NCBI GenBank assembly: GCA_965212055.1 | Contig: OZ243041.1 | Coordinates: 1-64,000, forward strand | DNA length: 64,000 nt | Source of the DNA: Fidelibacterota bacterium | Lineage (GTDB): Bacteria > Fidelibacterota > Marinisomatia > Marinisomatales > Marinisomataceae | Direction: 5' to 3' | Shown: piece by piece, positions 1 to 10,655 of the stretch | Layout: each line of letters begins with the position of its first letter | Numbering within the stretch: the stretch's first letter is position 1 | The notes under the pieces: model-generated | Databases searched by the model: none | Told to the model about the DNA's origin: nothing | What the model saw: the letters and a program-made list of their open reading frames with translations, nothing else | Program-made: the position numbers and the translations under genes

Positions 1-1
1 A

Positions 2-163
2 CAAAAAAACATGACGGCAACAAATATTATTAATGAGATAAATTACTTGTTTTCAAACGAGGGGAAGGCTGCCTGGGCAGAAAACCATAGTCTTCTTATT
101 GAAAAAATAAAACCAGAAATAAAAAACCCGTATCACAATGCAGCAAAACACATTTTACAGTAA
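2..163 (+). CDS. C-terminal fragment of a gene entering from the left, probably lipid-A-disaccharide synthase LpxB
   Basis: Manual translation of frame 2 gives QKNMTATNIINEINYLFS...PYHNAAKHILQ* (TAA 161-163). It resembles the LpxB C-terminus and sits upstream of DUF374 and lpxK. Confidence 0.5.
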   Translation, partial: QKNMTATNIINEINYLFSNEGKAAWAENHSLLIEKIKPEIKNPYHNAAKHILQ

Positions 164-791
164 ATTTCTTTTATCCATAAAAACCTTTTTTCTTTGGGCG
201 GTGGTTAGGTTGCTATATGGCTTCAACAAGTTCACCGTTGAAGGCGAAAAGAATATTGATGCTTTAACAAAAAACAATCAATCCTTTATTTTGGTTTCTT
301 GGCATGGAAAAATTTTAACTGTTTTTCATTATTTTGCTAATAAAAATTACATTGGATTAGCAAGCATAAGCAAAGACGCTGAACTGATTGTTCGGGTTGG
401 AGAACTAATTGGGTATTCGTTTGTAAGGGGGTCTAGCTCTAGAGGCGGATCAGATGCATACAAGGATATGGTTAGGCTTTTAAAGATTCCATCTACTAAA
501 ATTATTATTACCCCAGACGGGCCCCAAGGACCAGAACATATTCCAAAACCCGGAGCTGTTAAGTTAGCGCAGGAAACTGGAGTTCCAATAGTTCCTGTCA
601 TTGGGGACGCCAAAAAAAGTTGGGTGTTTAAAAATTGGCATAATTTTTATTTAAGCAAGCCTTTTAGCCCAATAAGGTTGGTTGTTGGGGAACCAATATA
701 CTTCCAGCCAGAACAAAGCTTAGACGATTGTATAAAAACGCTGAAAGAAAAATTAAGTTTTACCGATAAAGCTGCATCTCAACATGAATAG
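138..791 (+). CDS. DUF374 lysophospholipid acyltransferase family protein (LpxJ-like lipid A acyltransferase)
   Basis: WHGK, SxSKDAE, VRGSSSRGG and ITPDGPxGP motifs; lipid A gene context. Confidence 0.8.
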   Translation: MQQNTFYSKFLLSIKTFFLWAVVRLLYGFNKFTVEGEKNIDALTKNNQSFILVSWHGKILTVFHYFANKNYIGLASISKDAELIVRVGELIGYSFVRGSSSRGGSDAYKDMVRLLKIPSTKIIITPDGPQGPEHIPKPGAVKLAQETGVPIVPVIGDAKKSWVFKNWHNFYLSKPFSPIRLVVGEPIYFQPEQSLDDCIKTLKEKLSFTDKAASQHE

Positions 792-1829
792 TTTTTATTA
801 TGGGATTAAGGTTTGGGTTTTAACTGCTTTTTTAACCTTGTTTCCAATACATGTTTTTTTAATAAAAATAAAAAACTTCTTATATGACTATAATTTTTGG
901 AAAGCAAAAAAATCAAAGGCAAAGGTTATTAGCATCGGGAACCTTTCGTTGGGAGGTTCAGGAAAAACGCCATTTGCAATTGCTTTATCAAGGTTTTTGG
1001 TTTCAAAAAATTATTCTGTAGGAATTGTTACCACTGGACATGGAAGAAATAATAATAATTTTTTCTTTGGACAAAGCTTTCTAATGGAAGCCAATCTTGG
1101 GAAGAGGCTGGAGATGAGGCTGTTTTGTTGAAAAACAATTTAGAAAAAGTGCCTATTTATGTTTCTTGGCGCAAAAAAAACAAGGCACATGCAGCAAATT
1201 ACCTTTTTGAAAAAAACAATTGTGATATAGTAATATTTGATGATGCTTTTCAGCATCGCAAAGCCGATAGAGACATAGATATTGTGTTGACCTCTTCCGA
1301 AACTTCTTTGGGGTCCCAAAAAATATTTCCATACGGTTTGTTGCGCGAATCTATCCTAGGGCTTAAGAGGGCTGATATGGTTATAGAAACAAAAGGAAAT
1401 TTGTTTAATAAAAACAATGGAAACCAAGATCGATTTGTTCTTCATTGGAATTTCAATGATTATCTTTTAATGCCAAACGACGAAACGTGTTCAATAAGCG
1501 TTTTAGAAAAGTATAATAATATTTTGTCTTTATGTGCGATTGGAGACCCGGAAAGCTTTAAAAAAACGTTAGAATTTTTAAAAATAGACTCAAAAGAGTT
1601 TTTGGTATATCCAGATCATTATCCGTTTAAAAAAAGAGACATTCACAAGATTAATCAGTTTATAAACAAAAATGGTGTTGATGCTATTTTGTGCACAGAA
1701 AAAGACTTAGTTAAGCTAAAAAAATATAAAAAAATGATTAAAATTCCGGTTGGAGCTATAACTATTAATTATTCTTTGAATTCAGAAATTGAAAAAGAAA
1801 TTTTGTTAAAAATAAAGGAAGTTTTCTAG
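784..1829 (+). CDS. lpxK: Tetraacyldisaccharide 4'-kinase, split by a 1-nt deletion near the T6 run at 1059-1064 (probable sequencing error)
   Basis: ISIGNLSLGGSGKTP P-loop in ORF 784-1131. The frame of ORF 1125-1829 carries GDEA upstream plus DDAFQH, PYGLLRE, PDHY and TEKD. Total span is 3n+2. Confidence 0.88.
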
Positions 1830-1833
1830 TTTA

Positions 1834-1887
1834 TTGACATTCCCTTTGTTATAGGCTAAGTTTTTACACATTTAACAGGTTAGGAGG
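1834..1887 (+). promoter_or_regulatory. Putative sigma70 promoter and ribosome-binding site of the exbB operon
   Basis: TTGACA at 1834-1839, 17-nt spacer, TAAGTT at 1857-1862 (weak -10); AGGAGG at 1882-1887. Confidence 0.5.
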
Positions 1888-1894
1888 AACTTAA

Positions 1895-2500
1895 ATGGTA
1901 GAATTATTTTTAGACGGTGGACCTTTTATGTACCCTATTTTATTGCTGCTGCTCGGCGGTTTGGCGTTGGTAGTTGAACGCTTTCGTTCTTTATCACAAT
2001 CACAGGCTGATTCTGATGGGCTTATGGAAGAGCTTTCAAAGGTAGTAAAAGCTGGCGGATCAAAAAAAGCATTGGTGACAATCTGTCAAGGACACGATGG
2101 TCCTGTTTCAAACATCTGTAAAGCCGGACTAGACAAGGCTGGCAAAGCTGATCGAGTAGAAAAAGCAATTGAAAACGCAGGTTCTCTTGAGATGGCTTTT
2201 CTTGAAAAAAACATGGGGTGGTTAACTGCAATCGTTGCAATAGCTCCAATGATGGGATTTACTGGTACTGTGTGGGGAATGATTGGTGCTTTTGAAGCAA
2301 TTGAGGCAGCAAACGATATTTCTCCAGCTGTTGTTGCCGGTGGAATTTCACAGGCCTTGCTAACCACTGCTTTTGGTTTAGTTGTTGCTATGATAATCCA
2401 AATTTGTCAAAATTATTTTTCTTCTCAAATCGATGGAATGGTTTTAGATATGGAAGAAAAATCAATTGAACTAACAGACCTTCTTAGAAGCACAAAATAA
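1895..2500 (+). CDS. exbB: MotA/TolQ/ExbB proton channel protein
   Basis: APMMGFTGTVWGMI and GISQALLTTAFGLVVA transmembrane motifs. Confidence 0.9.
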   Translation: MVELFLDGGPFMYPILLLLLGGLALVVERFRSLSQSQADSDGLMEELSKVVKAGGSKKALVTICQGHDGPVSNICKAGLDKAGKADRVEKAIENAGSLEMAFLEKNMGWLTAIVAIAPMMGFTGTVWGMIGAFEAIEAANDISPAVVAGGISQALLTTAFGLVVAMIIQICQNYFSSQIDGMVLDMEEKSIELTDLLRSTK

Positions 2501-2503
2501 ACA

Positions 2504-2902
2504 ATGGCTCTTAGAGAAAGAAAAGCTAGGGTAGGAGCTATCCCTGAAGGCGGAATGGCAGACATTGCTTTTTTGCTTTTGGTCTTCTTTTTGGTTACCA
2601 CCACAATTGATATGGACAAAGGGCTTGGGATTATTTTGCCAGCAGAAGGACAAGAGCTTGAAATTAATAAAAAGAATATTCTTAATTGTCTTATTAGCTC
2701 CTCTGGAAGCGTTCTTTTGGGGGGAGAGCCTATTGCCATAAAAGACATTCATCGTAGGGTAAAAGAAGAGATAAGACAAAATGATAAGCTTATTATTTCA
2801 GTTAAGGCCCATGAAAAATCACAATATAATGTATATGTTGAAGTTTTAGATCAATTAAAAATGGCTAATGCTACGCGTGTATCAATAGCGGAAACAGAAT
2901 GA
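2504..2902 (+). CDS. exbD: Biopolymer transporter ExbD/TolR
   Basis: MADIAFLLLVFFLVTTT transmembrane segment with the conserved Asp. Confidence 0.88.
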   Translation: MALRERKARVGAIPEGGMADIAFLLLVFFLVTTTIDMDKGLGIILPAEGQELEINKKNILNCLISSSGSVLLGGEPIAIKDIHRRVKEEIRQNDKLIISVKAHEKSQYNVYVEVLDQLKMANATRVSIAETE

Positions 2903-3315
2903 AGTTTAAAAGAAAATCAAATATAGAGTCGAAGATATCCACCTCTTCTATGCCGGACATTATTTTTATGCTTCTTATCTTTTTTATGGTCACAACCGTA
3001 TTAAGAGAATACTCTGGATTACCAATTTCGCTTCCTAAAGCAGAGCGCATAGAAAAGCTAGAATCAAAGAGACACACCGCACATATTTGGGTGTCTAAAG
3101 ATGGGTTAATTTCTATTGAAGACAAACTGTTCAAAAGCGACGCTGTTCGTCATGTTATGTATGAAAAAAGAGCTTCAGACCCCCAGCTAACAGTTTCATT
3201 AAAAGCAGACTTGGCTGCAAGAATGGAAACTATTTCAAGCATCCATAACGAACTAAGAAAAGCTGATGCCCTTAGGTTAAATTATTCTACAAAAGTAAAG
3301 GAACCGAGCCAGTGA
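2899..3315 (+). CDS. exbD: Biopolymer transporter ExbD/TolR (second paralog)
   Basis: SMPDIIFMLLIFFMVTT and LKAD motifs. Confidence 0.88.
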   Translation: MKFKRKSNIESKISTSSMPDIIFMLLIFFMVTTVLREYSGLPISLPKAERIEKLESKRHTAHIWVSKDGLISIEDKLFKSDAVRHVMYEKRASDPQLTVSLKADLAARMETISSIHNELRKADALRLNYSTKVKEPSQ

Positions 3316-3983
3316 ACAGAATACGCCCTATTTCTTTTATTGTAAACCTTGTTCTAGGCCGTGCAAACCTTGGTGACAGCACCTTAAAAGAACAATATTC
3401 AACGGTTACAAGGATTGGAGCATTGTTGGCCTGCCTTCTTGGTTTGTTAAGTTTTTACGGATTACAACGATTTGAGCCTGATTTTGACATTGAAAGCGAG
3501 GGACAAATCATTATCGAAAATATTGAAATTCCCGAAACACAGCAATTTGAAACCCCTCCTCCTCCCGCAAGGCCTTCTATTCCAATTGAGTCGGAAGACG
3601 AAGACCTGGCAGATGACTTGACAATTGAAGAAACAGACTTGGATAATTTTGATGCGTGGGACGCTCCTCCCCCTCCTCCTTCTGGTCCACAATTTAAGTT
3701 TATTCCTTATGACGACCCTCCTCGTCCAATTACACCAATCAAGCCTGTATATCCAGACATTGCTCAAGAAGCAGGGATTGAAGGCCAGGTTTTGGTTCAG
3801 TGTTTTATTGATGAAAAAGGAAAGGTTAAAGAGGCCATTGTTGTAAAAGGGATTCCAAACACAGGATTAAACGAATCTGCGGTTGCCGCCCTTAGAAAAA
3901 CAAGATTTAGACCTGCTAAACAGCGCGAAAGGCCTGTTGGGGTGTGGATTACAATTCCAATTAACTTTAAGCTCCAAAACTAA
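3312..3983 (+). CDS. tonB: Energy transducer TonB
   Basis: N-terminal transmembrane anchor, Pro-rich acidic linker, C-terminal YPDIAQEAGIEGQV...FRPA TonB_C domain. Confidence 0.88.
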   Translation: MNRIRPISFIVNLVLGRANLGDSTLKEQYSTVTRIGALLACLLGLLSFYGLQRFEPDFDIESEGQIIIENIEIPETQQFETPPPPARPSIPIESEDEDLADDLTIEETDLDNFDAWDAPPPPPSGPQFKFIPYDDPPRPITPIKPVYPDIAQEAGIEGQVLVQCFIDEKGKVKEAIVVKGIPNTGLNESAVAALRKTRFRPAKQRERPVGVWITIPINFKLQN

Positions 3984-3985
3984 AA

Positions 3986-4723
3986 TTAAAGCTGGGACTT
4001 AATAAATTCTCTATTAAGTCTAGCAATGTTTTCTTGCGAAATTTCTTTAGGGCACTCAGCTGAACAAGCGCCGGTGTTTGTGCATGCCCCAAAACCTTCT
4101 TCGTCCATTGTCGCTACCATTTTTTGAACTCTTTCTTTTTTGCCAGGCTCTCCTTGTGGTAACAAAGCAAGGTGTGAAACTTTGGCTGCAGTAAAAAGCA
4201 TTGCTGAAGAATTTTTACAGGCAGCAACACATGCCCCACAACCAATGCAGGCCGCAGAAAGAAAAGCTTCATCAGCGTTTGCTTTTTCAACAATGGTTGA
4301 GTTGGCTTCTTCCACGCTTCCAGTATCAACAGGAATAAATCCTCCCGCAGAAATAATGCGGTCAAAAGAGGTTCTGTCTATCGAAAGGTCTTTGATAACC
4401 CTAAAAGCCTTTGCCCTAAAGGGCTCTAAAATAATTTCATCTTCGCTATTAAAAGACCTCATGTGAAGCTGACAAACTGTTGTAGCTTTTTGGGGGCCAT
4501 GGGGCTGTCCGTTAATCATAAAACCACAGGAACCACAAATTCCTTCTCGACAGTCGTGGTCAAAAGCCACCGGGTCTAGCTTTTGCTTAATAAGCTTGTT
4601 GTTTAAAATATCCAGCATTTCTAAAAAAGAAATGTTTGGATCAATGTCTTGAAGCCGATAGGTTTTAAACCCGCCTTTTCTTTCTTTGTTTTCTTGTCTC
4701 CAAACTTTTAGGTTTATATTCAT
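3986..4723 (-). CDS. sdhB: Succinate dehydrogenase/fumarate reductase iron-sulfur subunit
   Basis: CREGICGSC, CIGCGACVAAC and CTNTGACSAECP Fe-S motifs. Confidence 0.95.
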   Translation of the reverse strand: MNINLKVWRQENKERKGGFKTYRLQDIDPNISFLEMLDILNNKLIKQKLDPVAFDHDCREGICGSCGFMINGQPHGPQKATTVCQLHMRSFNSEDEIILEPFRAKAFRVIKDLSIDRTSFDRIISAGGFIPVDTGSVEEANSTIVEKANADEAFLSAACIGCGACVAACKNSSAMLFTAAKVSHLALLPQGEPGKKERVQKMVATMDEEGFGACTNTGACSAECPKEISQENIARLNREFIKSQL

Positions 4724-6645
4724 TACTTATAGCTTCTTGTTTTTAATTTAACATTTTTATATTCTAAGTTTTCTTTAAACAGTTTTGGCTTTCCGTGTTT
4801 ATTGTATTGCCATGCCGCAACATACATAAATTCTAGGTCGTTTCTTTTTGCTTCATTTTCTTTTGTTTGAAATTCTTCCCTAAAGTGCCCACCACAAGAT
4901 TCTTTTCTTTCCAGGGCGTCAAGCGCCATGAGCTCTGCCAGCTCAATAAAGTCTTTTAGCCTTAGGGCTTTTTCTAGCTCTTGGTTGAAATCTTCTTTAG
5001 AGCCAGGAATTAGCAATTTTGTCCAAAACTTTTCTTTGATCTTTGGGATGCTTTCTAGTGCTTCTTGTAGTCCCTCGCTGTTTCTTGACATCCCTATTTT
5101 ATCCCAAACAGTCTTTCCTAGCTCTTTATGAATTTCATCAACAACAAGGGTGCCTTTTATGTTCATAATTTTTTCAATTTCTTGGGTCGTCTTCTTTGTT
5201 GCGCTTTTAAACGGTTCTTGGTTTGTGTCATTTGAAGAGCCTGGTTTTTCGTTTGAAAGATAGTCGGCTATTGTGTGTGGAACAATAAAATATCCGTCTG
5301 CAAGCCCCTGCATTAATGCGCTTGCTCCTAGGCGATTTGCACCATGGTCAGAAAAATTGCTTTCCCCTATTGAAAAAAGACCAGGAACAGTTGTCATTAG
5401 GTTGTAATCAACCCAAAGTCCGCCCATTGTGTAGTGAACGGCTGGATAAATTTTCATTGGGGCTTTGTATGGGTTTTCGTCCGTTATTTTTTGATACATA
5501 TCAAACAAGTTTCCATATTTTTCTTCAACATATTGTTTTCCTTTGTCTTTAATAACGTGTTTAAAGTCTAAATATACAGCAATGCCCGTTTGGCCAACCC
5601 CTTGCCCGCTGTCACAAACCTCTTTTGCCCTTCGGCTTGCAACGTCTCTAGGAACCAGGTTTCCAAATGCGGGGTAAATTCTTTCTAAATAATAGTCTCT
5701 TTCGTTTTCTGGTATATCATTCGGTTTTCTTGGGTCGTTTTTCTTTTTTGGGACCCACACCCTTCCATCGTTTCTTAGGCTTTCGCTCATCAAGGTAAGC
5801 TTTGACTGGAAACTGTTTTTTACAGGAATGCAGGTGGGGTGAATTTGGGTAAAGCTTGGGTTTGCAAACAGCGCTCCCTTTCTATGGGCTCTCCAGTTTG
5901 CGGTAACGTTGCTTGCCATCGCGTTGGTAGACAAATAATATACATTTGAATAGCCTCCTGTTGCCAAAATAACCGCGTCGGCATAATGAGAACTAATTTC
6001 TCCATTTAAAAGATTTCTTGTAACAACGCCTTTTGCTTTTCCGTCAACAACAACAACGTCTAACATGTCGTGTCTTGGAAAAAAACGCACCTTTCCCTTG
6101 CTAAGCTGCCTGCTTAAGGCGGAATAGGCGCCAAGAAGAAGCTGTTGTCCTGTTTGCCCTCTTGCATAAAAAGTGCGAGAAACTTGAACCCCCCCAAAAG
6201 ACCTGTTGTCTAGAAGCCCTCCATATTCTCTAGCAAAAGGAACGCCTTGAGCAACGCATTGGTCAATAATGTTTGCGCTTATTTCTGCAAGCCTATAAAC
6301 ATTTTCTTCTCTAGATCTAAAGTCTCCGCCTTTTATGGTATCATAAAAAAGCCGCTTGGTGCTATCTCCATCGTTTTTATAGTTTTTTGAAGCATTAATT
6401 CCCCCTTGGGCAGCAATGCTGTGGGCCCTTCTTGGAGACTCATGATAAGAAAAGGCGTCTACGTTAAATCCTTTTTCAGCAAGCGTTGCAGCTGCAGACG
6501 CTCCCGCAAGCCCTGTTCCAATTATGATAACTTTGTATTTGTTTGCTTCTTGGTCTGAAAGGACACCTAGGTCTTCTTTGTGGTTTGACCAGCACCTATG
6601 AAGAGCTCCTGATGGAGTTCTGGAGTCTAAAACAGGGTTCTTCAT
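4723..6645 (-). CDS. sdhA: Succinate dehydrogenase/fumarate reductase flavoprotein subunit
   Basis: GTGLAG FAD-binding motif, AHSIAAQGG flavinylation site, HYTMGG, HGANRLG, ESCGGH. Confidence 0.95.
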   Translation of the reverse strand: MKNPVLDSRTPSGALHRCWSNHKEDLGVLSDQEANKYKVIIIGTGLAGASAAATLAEKGFNVDAFSYHESPRRAHSIAAQGGINASKNYKNDGDSTKRLFYDTIKGGDFRSREENVYRLAEISANIIDQCVAQGVPFAREYGGLLDNRSFGGVQVSRTFYARGQTGQQLLLGAYSALSRQLSKGKVRFFPRHDMLDVVVVDGKAKGVVTRNLLNGEISSHYADAVILATGGYSNVYYLSTNAMASNVTANWRAHRKGALFANPSFTQIHPTCIPVKNSFQSKLTLMSESLRNDGRVWVPKKKNDPRKPNDIPENERDYYLERIYPAFGNLVPRDVASRRAKEVCDSGQGVGQTGIAVYLDFKHVIKDKGKQYVEEKYGNLFDMYQKITDENPYKAPMKIYPAVHYTMGGLWVDYNLMTTVPGLFSIGESNFSDHGANRLGASALMQGLADGYFIVPHTIADYLSNEKPGSSNDTNQEPFKSATKKTTQEIEKIMNIKGTLVVDEIHKELGKTVWDKIGMSRNSEGLQEALESIPKIKEKFWTKLLIPGSKEDFNQELEKALRLKDFIELAELMALDALERKESCGGHFREEFQTKENEAKRNDLEFMYVAAWQYNKHGKPKLFKENLEYKNVKLKTRSYK

Positions 6646-7312
6646 GGTAGCATTACCGGGTTGTCAACAAATCCAAACCAAAGAGGAATTGAAATAAAAC
6701 CAAGTGGAATCCAAAGCCAAAAAAGAGATGCTATTGATAGGTAGGTTTTTTCATATTTGGTTCCTTTAATGCCAAGGGTTTGTCCTGCAGAAACGAAGCC
6801 GTGTTTTAGGTGGTATCCCAAAAGCGCAATTGCAACAATATAAAAAACAGAAAAAACTGGGTTTCCAAAACCAACGTCGTTTCCTAAAACAACTTGATAA
6901 TAAGATTCGACGCTTTCAAAATTAAACTTGTACCAAAAGGTAGACCAGTGTGTTACTAGAAAAATAAAAACGATGCTGCCAGTAAGCGCTGCATATCGAG
7001 AAGGTTGGGGGTGTTTTTTTTGCTGTAAGAGGCTTCTTGTTGTTTTGCTTCTCTATTTTTATACCACAACAAGGTTCCCGTGTAGGCATGGCTAAGAACA
7101 AAAAACAACAAAAAGAACTCTGCAACTCTTACAAAATATATAACTATTGGCCCTTGTAATTTTTCAACGTAGCTATTAAATGCTTCTTCCCCAACAAACA
7201 AAAAAAGGTTTCCAAACAGGTGAAATAGCATAAAAAAGGATAGCAAAAGGCCCGTGACTGCCATTAAAACCTTTCTTCCAATTGAAGATGTTAATATTTG
7301 AAATATCGACAT
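6642..7312 (-). CDS. sdhC: Succinate dehydrogenase cytochrome b558 subunit, split by a 1-nt deletion near the homopolymers at about 7007-7021
   Basis: N-half [21 protein letters not shown]...HLFGN...HAY. A second frame reads [18 protein letters not shown]...GYHLKHGF...[15 protein letters not shown] and ends at TGA 6644-6642. Span is 3n+2. Confidence 0.88.
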
Positions 7313-7372
7313 AAATTTGTTGGTGCTAATGCTGATTTTATGACCTATTTTAATAAAGAGAAAGACAAAAAC

Positions 7373-8772
7373 ATGGGTACTGTTGGTAAAATAGCAGGGG
7401 GACACAAAGAAACTGTTGATTCTGCGCGAAACATTCTAAAGGACGGCGGAAATGCGTTTGACGCTGCTGTGGCAGGAGTTTTTTCTTCTCTCGTTTGTGA
7501 ATATCTCTATACAAGCGCTGCGGGCGGAGGAGCTATGCTTGCATGTAAAAACAATGGTGCTCCAGTTTTGTTTGACTTTTTTGTAGAAACCCCAAAGATA
7601 AAAAAAGAAAGGGTTTCTGACTTTGAAAAAATTATTGCAGACTTTGGGGACACAAAACAAGCGTTTCATGTGGGGTGGGGGTCTGTTGGGGTTCCTGGAG
7701 TCTTGCCCGGACTAATCCATGTACATAAAAAACTTGGGTCTCTTCCTTTTAGGGTTTTGGTTGAGCAGGCTGTTGAAGCTGCAAAAAACGGGGTAAAGGT
7801 TTCTAAAAACCAAGAATATTTAACAGGGTTTTGCGGCCCGTTATATCGGGCTCCGACGAAATAAAAAACCTGTTTTTAAAAGACAGGAGGCTCTTAAGGT
7901 ATGGTGATATGTTTTATAACAAAAAACTTTCTTCTTTCTTGAGCTCTTTTTTATATGAAGATCCGGAGCCTTTTTATAAAAATGAGGTTTGCCCCCTTTT
8001 TCATGACTCTCTTTCGCAGGGCGGCATAATTAATCTTTCAGACCTACAAAACTATCAAGTAAAAGAACGAAAACCTCTTTCAAAACAATATAAACAACAC
8101 ACAATATTTACAAACCCCTCTCCGTCCACGGGAGGACAAACAATTCTTGCTGGGTTGGACGTGCTTGTTGACAAGAAAGCTGTGGGGCCCTATGAGCTTG
8201 AAGAGGCTTTGCTTGCAGCAAACAAAAAAAACGGTCGTGCAGCTAGCCCAGTGGGTTCAACGACGCACCTAAGTATTGTGGACAAAGAAAATAATGTTGT
8301 TTCTATAACAACTACAAACGGGTGTGGTAGCGGAAGAGCGATTCCTGGAACGGGAATTATGCCAAACAACATGTTGGGAGAGGAACACCTCAATCCGGGA
8401 GGTTTTCATGTGTGGAAAAAACAAAGTAGAATTCCTAGCAATATTGCCCCCACCGTTCTTTTCAAAGAAAAAAGGCCTGTTGTTGCTCTTGGCTCCGCAG
8501 GAAGCAGTAGAATTATTTCCGCAATTTTGTGCACCCTATCAAACCTGGTTAACAACAAAATGGATCTTGCTTCTGCCGTCGAAAGCCCGCGCATACACCT
8601 AGAAGGAGACACTCTTCATCATGAGCCGTTTGGTGGGGGGGCAGTTTTTTTAGACTTTAAAACAAAAAACGTTGTTTCTTGGAAAGAAAAAAATATGTAT
8701 TTCGGGGGGGTGAATGCGGCAGGAACAGGTTCGGCATTTGGCGACAACAGAAGAAGCGGTTACAGCTATTAG
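7373..8772 (+). CDS. ggt: Gamma-glutamyltransferase family Ntn hydrolase, split by a 1-nt deletion near 7826-7832
   Basis: GGNAFDAAVA, GGGAM and GVPG in the first ORF; GSTTHLSIVD (Thr nucleophile), NNMLGE, GSAGSSRI and PRIH in the second. Confidence 0.85.
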
Positions 8773-9471
8773 CTTAATAGCCAGGAAAAAAGCTTTCTTG
8801 TTTCTTCGCTGTGCTTAATTAGCTCTGGGTGCCATTGAACCCCAATAAAGTTTTTTTGGTTTTCAATTTCAATTGCTTCAACAACGCCGTCTAAAGAAGC
8901 ATGCAACGGGAACAATCTTGTCGCCAAGCTTGCCCACACACTGGTGGTGGGTGCTAGCAACAGAAGCTTTTTCGGACCCAAGAACGTTAAAAAGGGTGCT
9001 TTCTTTTTTTATTTTTACCTCGTGAAGACTGTGTTCTCCATTAAACGTGCCATGGTCTACGGCGTCGGGAACTAGGGTTGGAATATCTTCGATAAGAGTT
9101 CCTCCAAAAATAACATTAACATGTTGTAGTCCAGCACAAACAGCCAAAACCTTTTTGCCCTGTTTTAGCGTTTCTAAAAAAACCTCTCTATCAAAAGACT
9201 CTCTTTCTTTGGACATTTGGTCTTCATCTATTAGTTCTGGTTTCGTGCTTCCATAAATTTCGGCAGGGATGTCTGGGCCACCAACCATTAAAAGGCCTTG
9301 AAGGTGTTCAACAATGCTTGTTATCTGTTCTTGTTTGTTTGGGTGGTTTAAGGTCACAGGACAGCCGCCTGAATTCCAAACGGTTAAATAGTAGTCTTCT
9401 TTTGTTGCGTTCCAGAAAGACCCGTTTCTTTCTATGTGGTAGGGGTTAATGCCTATCAAGGGTTTTTTCAT
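8769..9471 (-). CDS. Peptidase C26 / gamma-glutamyl-gamma-aminobutyrate hydrolase-like glutamine amidotransferase, frameshifted near 8895-8902
   Basis: KPLIGI, GGPDI, CAGLQHVNV (nucleophile Cys) and STHHQ in ORF 8878-9471; DGVVEAIE and GVQWHPE in ORF 8769-8981. Span is 3n+1. Confidence 0.85.
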
Positions 9472-9489
9472 TTGTGTTCTTCCCCTCTT

Positions 9490-10608
9490 TTAAAATTTGT
9501 ACTCGTTTAGCTTTGGAATTTTCTTTTTCAGGTCTTGAAAGGTTCCTTTGTACTTTTTTTTGTTGTACTGAACATCCCAGTCTCCAGAGGGTTCTCCTCC
9601 CTCAAAAAACCCTTTTACTACTGGGTTTTTTCTTGGAGCAACATAGTTCCATTCTCCGTTTTTTTTGCCGTCTAAGTATGCTCCGGTCCCATAAAAACGA
9701 GATGCAAAATCTATGTCTGGGCCTTCTGTCCATTCTCCTTGTTTTACATCGTTCTTATATGTTCCTTCTCCGGTTCTTCTTCCGTTCTTATTATAGTGTG
9801 ACCAAAGACCTTCTTTTTTTCCAAGCTCATAGGCTCCGCTTTGTTTTCTTTCTAAAGAACCTTCTGCTGCGGTATAATATTCTTCCCAGTCTCCTGCTTG
9901 GATCCCGTTATCATACTTTCCTTTTCCGCGAATTTCTGCATAAGGAGAAAGGTTATAAAATTTTCCTTCTAGCGTTCCGGAAACGTAGTTTTCCTCCCAC
10001 CCCTTGTCTTCTCCTTTGTCATACCAAATCCACTTTCCCTCTTTTTTGCCATCAACATATTCGCCCTCACTTACCAAAACTTCGTTGGCGTCCCAACTTT
10101 TCCATGTATTAACTTTTTTCCAGCTTTCGTAGTCGCCTGCTCTTGTCACTGCCCGGGTGTCAAGGTCCCATTCTCTCCATCTTCCGGAGCCGTCTTCAAA
10201 CACTATTTCCCCTGATTTTCTGATTCTGTTTTCATTGTCTCTTCCCCACTGGGTCCAAATTCCAACCGGGTGTCCATCTTCATAGTTAATGTATTCTAAT
10301 CTTGTTTTAATCTCTCTACGCCCAGGAAAAACATAGGTAACCTGTTCTCCGTCTGGAGCTCCATCTATATAGTTTGCTTTCTTTTGAGTCCCCTGTTTGT
10401 AGTCAATCTCAAGCCACTCTCCGTCTTTTTTTCCTTTTTTATAGGTTCCTAAAACCTCCCCTCGATCATCGACAAGCGCTCCAGAATAAAGGCTGTTTGA
10501 GTCTTTTTTGTATGCCAAGCCGTCTTTAACAATAATTTCGTTTTCATAAAGGTCGCCTGAACAAGAAAAAATTGCCACGGATAACAAAAGTAAAAATAAT
10601 TTTCTCAT
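9490..10608 (-). CDS. MORN-variant repeat (YwqK-like) lipoprotein
   Basis: Lipobox-like AIFSC; many G-x-Y-x-x-G-K-K-x-G-x-W repeats. Confidence 0.75.
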   Translation of the reverse strand: MRKLFLLLLSVAIFSCSGDLYENEIIVKDGLAYKKDSNSLYSGALVDDRGEVLGTYKKGKKDGEWLEIDYKQGTQKKANYIDGAPDGEQVTYVFPGRREIKTRLEYINYEDGHPVGIWTQWGRDNENRIRKSGEIVFEDGSGRWREWDLDTRAVTRAGDYESWKKVNTWKSWDANEVLVSEGEYVDGKKEGKWIWYDKGEDKGWEENYVSGTLEGKFYNLSPYAEIRGKGKYDNGIQAGDWEEYYTAAEGSLERKQSGAYELGKKEGLWSHYNKNGRRTGEGTYKNDVKQGEWTEGPDIDFASRFYGTGAYLDGKKNGEWNYVAPRKNPVVKGFFEGGEPSGDWDVQYNKKKYKGTFQDLKKKIPKLNEYKF

Positions 10609-10655
10609 ACCTTCTCCTTAGTTTGTAGAAATTCTTAACTTCTAATGTATAAATT

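Noticed and set aside
3550..3740. CCT/CCC-rich repeats
   Set aside because: These encode the proline-rich TonB linker and are not a DNA repeat element.
9474..10112. 212-aa plus-strand ORF
   Set aside because: It is the antisense shadow of the MORN-repeat gene, with F/L/R-rich composition and no recognisable motif.
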